Shown piece after piece: positions 43,201 through 55,200 of a stretch of 64,000 nt of DNA. Source of the stretch: Botryllus schlosseri. Lineage: Eukaryota. The position numbers were made by a program, and so were the translations under genes. The stretch covers positions 3,658,001-3,722,000 of the forward strand of contig CM119375.1 of NCBI GenBank assembly GCA_051294905.1. Reading direction: 5' to 3'. Within the stretch, counting starts at the first letter, position 1; each line of letters starts with the position of its first letter. The notes under the pieces are model-generated. The model was not told the origin of the DNA, made no database searches, and worked only from the letters and a program-made list of their open reading frames with translations.

Positions 43201-46200
43201 TGGAGACCGGCGGCGTTAGTCGGCTCCTGACTAAATGTGAGCATTTACGAATTTCGTTCAATCATAACGTAAAAACACGAAATTTCAGGCGTTGTCTGTA
43301 TCGAATTCGTACATCTCCCACTCACCGCAAATCTCTTTTAATTATTGAACTATAATATATCGTAAATATTCGCCTTGGCGTGTAGACGAGTGATCGTAAT
43401 TATGACGTCATAATAGGTGATTTCACTCAAAACCCCCCCCTTTTTCGCGCTCTGGATACGCGCCTGGATGTATATATCGCAACAAGACCAATTCTACACG
43501 CTGTGTATTCCCCGCAAACGTGTGTATCATGTCTGTATGAAGTGCTACCAACTAACGTCATAAACATTACGTAGTAGTAAGATATGCGTTTGTGGTTTGT
43601 CCTTATGGTTAGGTCTTGACAATCTCCGTTTATCAATACTAAAGTGACCCATTTACGTGCTCTATAAGCTTTGTAAATGCCCTGGAAGGCTACGCTACCT
43701 AATAAATACACGCGCGTCACTCACTCACTCGCCGATGACTCATTCACTCTGCGGCCTGGCGCGTGTTTATTGTGCAAACCGTCAGTATTGTATCTATTGG
43801 ATAACGGCGATATTAGGGCGTATTAGATCGACTGAGCCATCTCCATAATCATGATTTCCTCGCCGATATGATTCACAAGAAGCCTATGTCACCAGATATC
43901 CATGTTAAGGTTTATAAAGAGTACAGTAAATGTAATACGTTTCTCATCAACGAATTCTCGGCTTGCTCTTGATATAAGTGGCCAGACACAGTGCTCGAAA
44001 TGATTTGAGTGGCGCAATCGGATGCGCGTTGAAGTTCTGAATCGAACGACACCTTGTTTGACGTGTTCCAATCCCATTAAGGTACAGTTTTTCGACTTTG
44101 AAAATTGAAGTAAAATTTTTCGAAAATTGCAGCCGGCGCCAATCGGTTAACTGACAAAATTATTTTTATTGTCTGTACTAGGTATTTTCATATTTAAAAG
44201 ATACAATTGAAGGATCTACCTTAATCCTTGGTCTAACGGCAGTGGCAGCACAGTCAAACCACATATCCGAGTCGGCTTCTCGTAGCTGCACGACATAATT
44301 ACTGATCTGACAACCACTGAGTTCCATCGGTGGAGTCCAAGCCAGAGATACAGAATTCTCTGTCACATTATCCACAATCAAGTCCGACACCGGGCCTGGT
44401 TTATCCAAGACGTTTATCTTGAATTTTCCTACAAAAATCAATAAAATGACAGAATGCATGACATAACGCAGCATTAAACAATCAGTACCTGATTTTTCAC
44501 CAAGCTCGTTTTTGACAATGACTTCGAAATTTGCGGCGTCACTGATATTGCAGTTCTTTATTGTAATTGTGCTGTCAAGATTGCTGTTCGAAACTGACAC
44601 GCGGGACGTTACGTTTAGAGGCTCCCCATTCTTTCTCCATGATATATCTGGCTTTGGTTTGCCTGAGAAATATACAATTGAGTTAGCAATTTTACACATC
44701 ATTAAAATTATCTTATCTGGTCAGTTCTGGTCATTATTTTATATAGTCAGTTCACGACAAACGGCCTCTCTCTATACGATATATTGTATAAGTGTCAGAA
44801 TCGGACTGCATTATTGTGAAAAACTGATAGACTACCTCTGAATGGTATTGTTACAACGATATTGCTGCCAGCACGTTTACTTATCCCACCAACTGGTATG
44901 TCTCGTAGATCCAACCCCACTGGGATGGTAGTCTCTTTTACAACGACAGGTTGCATCGTTGTTGCATCACTCAATCCTGAATTTACATCAAATTTAGCGG
45001 TGTTGAAATGATGGATACCACTATTAGAGGTGATAATATTACCTTTCTCATTTTTGGCCATTATTCGAAAGCAATATTTCTTGCCTTGCTCCAAATCTTT
45101 GACGGTGGTCGTAAGAGCGTTCACGGTGCAGCATTGTTGCCAGTTATCAGTTACTGCAGGTGCCATCTCTAATACATATCTGTGCAAAAAGTGATTGTAT
45201 TGCCATACGTATAACTCTCAGACGTGGTCAGCAATGAATTACTTATATAATTTCAAAGTACAATGGCAGGTTTATGTCTACTTTTACTGCTCGGTGGATT
45301 GGTTATGATTTTAGACGGTTTCTACGTCACAGTTTTCAGCTTTTTAAACCTAGAATACATACCTGTGCTTTTTTACTTATTTGGAAATCAATACTTTTGC
45401 TTTTTAATTGAGTATAAATTATGAATGTAATTCTATTTGAAGAAACCCTTGGAGGTACTGAATTTCAATATATAATTAAATAATATGTGTCGATTGAACT
45501 TGACCCGAATATTTACCAGCTAGTAGAGAATATTCAATAGAACTTTGTTAAATCATTAGTCTTATTACCGTTGACGACTGTTAGCTAAAAACATTCAGGT
45601 TCATTTCGATATGTATATTATATATTATTCAATTACTTTTAACTCATGATTACCGCAAGTTTACATACCCTGTGATTTCGCTGCCACCATTGTGTTGCGG
45701 TTTCGTCCAAGCCAACGATACAGTCGAGTTTGTGGAATCCACAAACTGCAGTCGACCAGGCGCGGACGGTTTCATAGACACCGAGATAGCTTCTGTCTCA
45801 GCCGGGACACCGAGCCCAAACGAATTTTCGGCTAAGACTCGGAATACATACACATCGCCCTCCATTAGTCCAGTTATTTTGAACGAATTTCTAGAACATT
45901 CAGCTGTCACCGTAGTCCAGGCTTTGCGAGACGCTTCCTTCTTTTCGACGACGTAATTTGTGACTACAGATCCGCCATCGTTTTCTGGCTGACCCCATTT
46001 GAGAGTCACTGAGCTGCATGTCACGTCAGACACCTTCAAATCGGAAACAGGCCCGGAAGTATCGAGCACCTGTAATTAGAAGAGGTTGTAGATCAAAATT
46101 ATGTTTATTCCCTGCAACAAAATACACATTTAGGTAAGATGAGTTGTAACACGCTTCATTTGATACAAAATATACAATACGAAATTGTGATTAGTTTGAG

Positions 46201-49200
46201 CATAACAGTTGTTGATGAAACTATCTCTGTTTTGTGAGATAAAATACCCATATGGGCAAGCTGATTGCAATACCCTTGCTTTGATAGAATATACAGATAT
46301 GTGATAAGTGGGGCAAGTTTTTGCAACTTTTGGAACTTATTTTACAGCTTCCTGCAGCTTCCTAAATACTCGAAAGTTATATAGAATGCTGTTTTAAGCT
46401 GCTTGAAGGAATCTTATAGTGCAACTTTTTGTAACATTTGTCCATTTTTTTTCATGCAACTTTTTGCAACATTTTGCAACTTTTTCGATTTTTCATGAAA
46501 GTATTTTTGATTTTGGTGAAATACACTGCCAAATTCGACTGACATGCCGTAAATCAGCACTGAAGTAACGCTCTTACGGGTATTTCGGCAGCTGAGCCGG
46601 AAAGTTGACCTTTTTTTTTAAAAAACTTGCCCTAGTGATAAGATGAAAGATTATAGTTTTTGGTTGTATTATCCATGTCTCATAAGATAAAATACATGGG
46701 TAAGCTGAGTTGTAATAAGCTTTAAAATAAAATATAAAATACAAATTTTATTAAGATGGGGAAGTACAGTTTTTGATCAAACTATCGCTGTTTCACGAGA
46801 TAAAATACCAATAATGGCAAGGATGATTTGTAGTAAGCTTACCTTAATGGAAAGTACAATCTGTGAGATTAGATGGAGCGTAATAGTTTTTGATTAAATT
46901 GTCCTTTTCGTGAGACAAAATACCGATAAGTGGAATTGTAATGAGGTTACTTTCACTAACAATACGAAATTCAGATTGGATGGAGTATACCGTTTTTCGA
47001 TGAAATTATGTCTGATTCTTGAGATAACACACCAATAATACTATATATCTACATGAGTTGTGAAAGTGTACTTTAGTAGATAGTGCAAAGTTATGACTAG
47101 ATGAAGAATATAAATTTTGATAATAATCTTCCAGTTTCATAAAATAAAATACCCATATGGGTAAGCTGAATCGCAACAAGCTTACTTTAACAGAAAATAC
47201 AAAGTCTTTCAATCCTTGGTTGTTTTCCACAGTCACCATATAGTTCCCGGCGTCCGATCGATTGGCTTCACTGATTATCAAGTTGGTTTGATGCTGAGTC
47301 GTATCGATATCTGCTCTTCTCTTTAGCACGTCATCCTGAAATTAAAATCATTACAAGTGTAAAGCTCTGCACATCAATTTAAAGTTTACATATTTTATAT
47401 CATCTTCAATACCTTGGTATCTGCTTTAGACCATGTAACAGTCGGCGCTGGTCGGACTTTGTACATCAAGAACAGATTCAATGTACTGCCGGCTTTGATG
47501 GTGACACGCCTCTTTGTGTCTTCCGTAATGATAAGTTCGGGCGGTTCGTATCTTTCAGCGCATACGACTGGTGATCTGGACAGAAAGTGGATCGCCTCAC
47601 TCATCGGTGGTTTTTGATGAATCACTTGCAATTTTTCAGAGTAGGATTTCTGAGGTTGGTACTGAAGGTGCTAATGTCGTTTATAGACAATCTCTAATTC
47701 GTTAATTCCTGAAGCTAATCCACAAATATGCTGATTTTCAGGTAAAGTTGATTGCTCTTGGACTAATAGCACCATTTTCAATCAGTTTATTACCGCTGAC
47801 CAATATAAGGTCTATGCCACAATCCTAGGATGCTCACAGTATGCGGCTTCAGAAAATTCCCTGTTTTGATTAGCATCCATTATTAACAGTATATCATTGG
47901 GTATTATTTACCCTTTTGTGCTTCACTTGTGCATGAACTAGTTCTTGCTTGTGCTTGATAACGTTACCATTACTTCAGTAGACTCTTACAGCCTAATTTA
48001 TACTGTGACTTGAATAGTATCAATAAATTCTTCAACCATGCAAGCCATAGTTTAACACTAATAAGAAAATAATAATACTAAGCAAATCCATTTCAAAGAA
48101 ACTCTTAGAGCTACGGAATTCAATTTAACATTATATACATATTGTAATAAACCCAAATATTTTCGACTGACACTCGTCAGGGGTAATCGTCAGTAACTAA
48201 TAGATAATTGAAAAGAACATTGTTTATCAACAACTGTACCATCAAATATATTATTTTATTTATTTAAATTATATATAAACATATCGTCTAACCTCAAAAT
48301 AGCATGGATTCCAGTCCCGGCCGAGTTCACAGCTGCAACTCGGAATATATACTTTCCTTTATCCTTAAGTCCAGTCACGATATAGAACGTATCGAGGATG
48401 GCGTGTTTTCCAGAGACTCTGACCCAATCATCGCCGGCCAGTGACGTTATAGACATGTCATCTTGGGCAGACGCAGCAGAGAGAACGCTTCCGTAGTCAT
48501 CTCTCATTTCGCTGCCGCTCACTCGCGACGATATCGAGCCAGTTCTCTTTTGTAAGGGGCACATTTCGACGACGTAACCCAGGATTTTGCTGCCGCCGTC
48601 GAACATTGGAGGATTCCACGATAAGGTAACAGACGACCTTGTCGTGTCTTCCACTGTAATATTAGCGTATCGTGTTAGAATTGGAAAAATTTACACAAAA
48701 ATATGAAATTAATGGGTTCATCGTACTTTTTTATACACATTGAAAGGTGTTTCCAATGAACAAAAAAAAATCAGAGTTCTCAATGAACATGTTGAAATAT
48801 ACAGTGTTTTGCATGATCCTGTATTCTCCACGAAACTTTGTAATTGGTGACCAGTGATATTGGTATAGGTTACAAGAGTAACTTCTTGCCCAGATATATA
48901 TAAATGTAAGCTACAAATAGGTTAGGATTTAGGTTTAGTAAGGACTCGATAACCTCCTTATTTTTAAGATTTGTTGTGATTTGGAAAGTTGATGTCTTCT
49001 AAAACTACGTTGTACTTATTTTGTAAGATTTGTCCATATTTCTGACGTGTGTTCCTATTTTCAGCACTAGGGTATGATTGAAAGTGTTTGCATTTTTAGT
49101 CATCAGACTTTTTAGTTAATAGGCCTTAATAGTTCTTAGTTTTTGATCCAGAGTTACAGGTAAATGTCATCAACTCTCCTATGATACCCTAAACTCCCAA

Positions 49201-52200
49201 GCCTAACCCAATTATGACTTGCATGTATCGACTTTCATGGATAACACAGTTGTCGATCATGTGAAACGCCATGAATTTTGATATTTATAGAATTAACATT
49301 AGTCACTGATGGTCGTAGGGAGCATGACTCGATGTGCATAATGAAGTATACTACATCCAAAATTAGGTACGGTACCTGCAAAGTTTTGTGGTTGTTCAGG
49401 CGGATATTTAGGATCCCTTATCAGGACGTACGGCGAAGTTTCAGACACCGGCCCAACGCCAGCTGCATTCTCCGCACAAACTCTGAATTCATATTCCTGA
49501 TTTTCCACCAACGACGGTACTTTATAGCGGAGATCCATAACACGTTGCTTATTAGCACGGATCCATCTGGTTCCATTCTTTTGCCGTTTTTCCACAATGT
49601 ACTGCTTGATGTCAGCTCCGCCGTCGTTTAGTGGTCTTGACCATGCCAATGTCACTGAGTTTTTGGTAACAGAATTTATTTCAGGCACACCGGGACAGGA
49701 TGGTGTTGTATACGGATTCTTGGCTAGTGCTTCAGGAGATTCCAAAGCATCGCTGACGCCGTATTTGTTTTCAGCGCGTACTCGGAAAATATATTCGTTG
49801 CCTTCCAATAACTTTGAAATTTTGCACGAGTTCCCTTCGATGGTAGAACTGACCAAAACCCAGGCTAAGTGACTTGTCTCTCTTTTGTCCACGATGTAGT
49901 TAGTGATCGGTGCCCCGCCATCACTTTTAGGCGGTGTCCATGATATGGTGCACTTATCTGCGGTCATTCCAGTGATTTGGACTGGTCCTATCGGAGCTCC
50001 AGGTTTGTCAAGAACTTTCACTTGAATAGACAAAGACCTGCGGAAATTGTATAATAAGGTGTTATTTGCAAAACTATATTCGTTGCAGTGTAATCCATTA
50101 AACTGTAAAACTTTTCGTTAGCCCCTCTGCAAGAGGTAATGGCATGATAACAAGGATATGAAGAGAGATTCAAATGCAAATCAATTTGTGAAAGCATATA
50201 GTAACAATGCAATTTAAAAAATACACTACATGAAGTTGTACCGCTAACAATAAGGTAGTCAATCGATCATTTATTGATATTTTCATCAATTCAAAAACAT
50301 CGCAAGATTGTGATGTACCGATAATGAAAAGATAGGAGGGTGTCGAAACGACTGGTAGGAGTCTTTAAAAATACCACCCATCTTGTCCTGTAGAGTGTAG
50401 CATGTTAGAAAAGTCGTCCACACTTAATGGAAAGTCATTGAAGATGACATGGGATGAAAATGTTATGGACAAATGGTGGTCTGGTAATCTGCAGGGCTGA
50501 CTAGTATTTATTCAGTATAATAGTAGTCAGAGTATCCTAGGTGAAAATGTAGTTATATTTTGCAAGGCAGTGCCCGTAATGGAACTGATACATAAATTTG
50601 GCAATGTGTAGCTTCCTAAAGACAAAGAAAACGTGTGAGAAGCAAATCATACAATAATCGGAAAAACTTGTATACACATACAGCAGTATATCAAAATGAA
50701 ATGTTTTAAGATTATATATCAACTCTCAGCGTTGAAAAGCTATAATGAGGTAATACCAGGATAAAGCTGCAATCACAAAAACACACTACCTTGCTCCAGC
50801 AAAATTCTGCACAGATATGGTGTAAGACCCACTGTCTTCGCGTGTGGTATCGTGTACGGCAAGCTTTGACGCTACCGCGGAATTGTTGAGAAGAATTCTC
50901 GAGCTCGGATTGACTTCTTCTTGGTCTTTTTTCCAAGTAATTGTCGGAGTGGGTTTGCCGCGAATGCCGGCTTCCAGTTTCAGCGTTTCACCGGCTTTTA
51001 TCGTAATCAAACCCGAGTATTTGGCGTCCATATCGATATTGGGCGGTTGTGACTCGTCCTTGACCATTATCTGAATAGCGTAAGGAACAATAGTAAAAAA
51101 GTGAGTTTGTGAGTAATGAAGTACCACATTTTGCTAGTACTCTAGTATATGTTGCCTATTTGAAATACTTACTCAAGAGGTTATGTTTTAGACTACGCCC
51201 CTCATTTTATTCTTGAACAACCAACTCACTTTACAGAATTTACATAATAAAAAGTAGAAAAAGTTTGGGGAAGAGTTTGCATCCCTTTTTTGATTAAAAT
51301 TGCTGTAAGAACTGCGGTAAATAGCCCCTGTGCCGCGGTTATTGAATATAATTTCGGAGATGGTACCTATTTCTGATGTCATTCGTTTTTTTGCGTCATT
51401 TGTATTGACGAAATGTTCATAAAATTGGTGAAAAAGCCACTGTTTTATTGTAACTGAATATATTTTTGATACTGAGATCTTTATCTAGTATCATAGTCAT
51501 TTTGTATTGTTCTACTAGTTCTCAGCAATGACCCCTCTAGTTTTTGACGATTCTGCGCACACTCACCAACTCACTGCGCAGACCCTTGAACAACAGTGCG
51601 TAACAACTAAAAAAAAGGTCGTCACTTCTGATTTTTTGTGCGCAACTTAGATTTTCTGTGCGCAGAGACAGTGTCAGCATTGCGCATTTGCGCAAATACG
51701 CATCTTAAAATGGAAGATTGGTTCTCAGCATACCGGCTGTGTTGTTTTAGCCGGCAAGCTGATGGCGCCCGCAGCGTTCCTAGCAAACACTCGAAATTCG
51801 CATTCCGTCCCTTCGTTCAATCCTTCGACATTGTAATCTGTGGCGGCCACGTTTCCAAAGTTGCATTTCAACCATCTATCGCTCGGGACTTCGGATCTCT
51901 CGATGATGTAACCTATCCACAAGAATAAAATATGTTACTTGCTGAAATCGTAAGATGATATATATTAAAAAAGTTTTCTCTCTATAGATATAAAGGAGAA
52001 ACAGACATTTTATTTATCACATTACCGATGAAAAACAGATAATAACATTATTAAAAATGAAATAAGATTGCCAAACTGACATTAGATTGTAATGACGGGG
52101 AAACCTGCTATAACTGAGATCTTGAAGACCGATACATATTTGGATGTAAAAATCGGAAATGAAATGAAGAAAACTATTTCTATACTCCTAGTATTGTAAT

Positions 52201-55200
52201 GATGATAGGAAACTCGTTTACAAATGTGTTTTATATTATATTGTGAATGTAGCATCGTGTGTAAGTTGGGCATCGCTTGTATTGTATTCAAATCCCATTG
52301 TTGGACAGTACGACTATATGCGCACCAGACAACATCAATTTGAACAAAGTACACAGGGATGATATTGTTGCAACATATGGACCAAAAGTACAACTTAAAA
52401 CACACTCAATAAAATCATTATGATGATATGACACATTCTTAGATATGTTACGAAACCTGTTATTCTAGCTCCGCCATCGTATTCTGGCTTTTCCCATTGC
52501 AGATGCACCGATTTCCTGGTGACACCTACGACTTCCAAATTTCTTGGAGCATCAACTGCGTCTCTCGCAGTGGCGGGCTCCGACGGTTTGCTGTATTTAC
52601 TGGCGCCGGCAACGTTTTCGGCGTAAATACGGAACTCGTATTCGAGACCCTCGCTGAGCCCGGTGACCTGCCGAAAAAATATTCAATATCAAATTTCAAG
52701 CGCTCTATTTGCTTCAGGGGTGGTAACCAAGTCACAAGGTTCCGAGTCACAAGTCAATTTTACGATTATAGTTTTGACTCGAGTCAAGTCATTTTCAATC
52801 TACAACCGAGTCATGTCCGAGTCCAATTCAGAGTGCTTAATGTTCAGTATCAAGTTGAAGTCAGGCTCAACCGAATTCTGTGAAACTATTGGGTTATGTC
52901 GAAGGCCTCATATTAATATTATACTTATTTTCAATCTTTATATATGTTTATTTAACCGTATAAAATTCACATTGTACCTTATATTCAGTTCCGGACAGGA
53001 GTGTCTTTGAGGCAAGCTGCCACAAGATCGAGTTCCTATCCTTCTTCTCAACGTGGTATCCGAGTATTTTAGACCCCCCGTCGGAGATCGGTTCTTGCCA
53101 TTTTATACTAACGGTCTCTCTGGTAGTAGCTACCACCTCGGGCATGCCAGGAGCCGCCGGGACCTGCAAGTAAAACATATTTAGTTGACGCTGAACTGGA
53201 ATGTTATGGAAATTAAAAAATGATTAAATTCACTCAGGTGTTCTCAAAATTTATCATCCTTACATCTAATCCATGGAAACAAAAGAAATAAAATTCAGAA
53301 GAACACTAGCCCAACAATCAGCTACATATCAGCATTTACATTAGCTCAATATGAAATAAATTATTATTGAGATATCATCTTCATTGTGTGTTGTATTTAC
53401 ATCATTTTATCATTCCAACTACATAAAAAACTGCATAATTTTAATGACATTTTGTTGTCTTAATATTACGAAAAGGTTGGAAAGATAATGAATAATAAAA
53501 TTAAATGAAAATTTAACTAATTTATACTTACTGTAAAGGGGTATGCCGCAATAACGGGTTCAGATTCCAGCGGTTGACCGATTCCAAATCTGTTTTCCGC
53601 CCGTATTCGGAACTGATACTCCGTATTTGGAGTGAGTCTTGAAATCTTCAGAGTGGTTCTAGCCGTCGAACCAGATTGTAGTTTCCAATCCGTGTTAGAA
53701 CTGTTTGTCTCCCTGATTTCGACAATGTAGTTATTGACGGCACTTCCGCCGTCAATGGCAGGCGGTTTCCAGGATATATTCATAGAATCCGCAGATACGT
53801 TTGTAAATTCGACAGGTCCAGTTGGAGCCGCAGGCTTATCCAAAACCTTTATCACAACGGGAACTTTCAAATTTCCGATGTTATTTTCAAGACACAGATG
53901 ATATTTCCCGGAATCTACATCAAAAATATCAGATCATTAAAATAACATCAATTTAGCAGAATATAATACATTGACATACCGGTGAGGTCGCAGTTTTTAA
54001 TGGTGAGCTTGACCGACTTTTGATCGTTGTCGTAGTTTATTCTGGTCGTTATTTTGATAGGTTCGTTGTCCTTCATCCAGCAAATATCAGGAAACGGTTT
54101 TCCGGAGACAGGAATCTGTATTGAATTTGTAGTATGATACATAGATTATTATCTTTGTATTGTAGATTATCATATATACATCATATATCGTTATCATATA
54201 TATTATATATCATATATCATGTGCCATATATCTTATATACGTTATGAATATTTGTAAAGTGCTTACATCGACAATAATGTTGGTTCCTGCCTTGCCCTCC
54301 ACAATCTTCTGCGTCAATCCGCCGAGATCTATGTCAGGTACGGCCGTTTGATCTTTGACAAGGATATATCCAGATATTTCGCATGGCACGCTATTCCCGC
54401 ATTCATTTCTTGCCGATATGCGGAACGTATACTGCTGGTTCTCAGTTAAATTACTGATCTTGGTCGTAAACACGCCCGGTTTCAATGGAGGGTGTTGAAC
54501 CCATTTATCAGTACCTAGATAGAAAATAGATAACCAATTAGCCGGGTCACTATTCAATTGTATGTTGAAGTTCTGTACCTCTGAGAGTATCGATAATTTA
54601 GGAATATTATCCAATATTTAATCAGCCATACCTCTGACTAAATGCTCGATGACATAGTCCAGGATTTCACTTCCGCCATTATATTCCGGTTTAGACCACT
54701 GTAACGTCACACTGTCCTTGGTAATGTCAGTGCATTTGATTGACCTTGGACATCCTGGTTCTTCCGACACCTTCACAGGCTCTTTCAAAGTTGCAGGAAC
54801 CCCAACGCCGTATTCGTTTTCAGCCATTACTCTGTTATATATTGTATTTTACAATAAGTTTGTGCATGCATGTGAAAAGATGGGAAAATTACCTGAATAG
54901 GTAGCTGCATCCCTCAATGAGATTTGTGAATTTGAACGTAGTCCTCTGACAAGCGGTTTCCACTGTGGACCAGGCTTTTTTAGTAGCTTCTTTGCGTTCC
55001 AGTATGTAATTTTTCACATTGCTACCACCGTCTATATCTGGCGGTTTCCAGGATACCGTAACTGTGGCCTTGGTGACATTCGTGGTGCAGAATTCTGCGG
55101 GCGGTCCGGGGCTGTCCAAAACTTTTACATTCACAGACGACGTGTTGGTACCACTGTCGTTGCTTAGCGTAAGTGTGTATCGACCTTAAAGAATTTAAGT

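Noticed and set aside
37690-44219. Nested protein-coding gene in the large intron (e.g. ORFs 38991-39407, 39931-40215, 42957-43244)
   Set aside because: No recognisable domain or splice chain; the ORFs lie in or next to repeat remnants.
48474-48525. Cryptic intron inside the Ser-rich loop (GTGAGC...CCCAAG)
   Set aside because: The span is 61 nt, so removal shifts the frame and gives a stop within a few codons.
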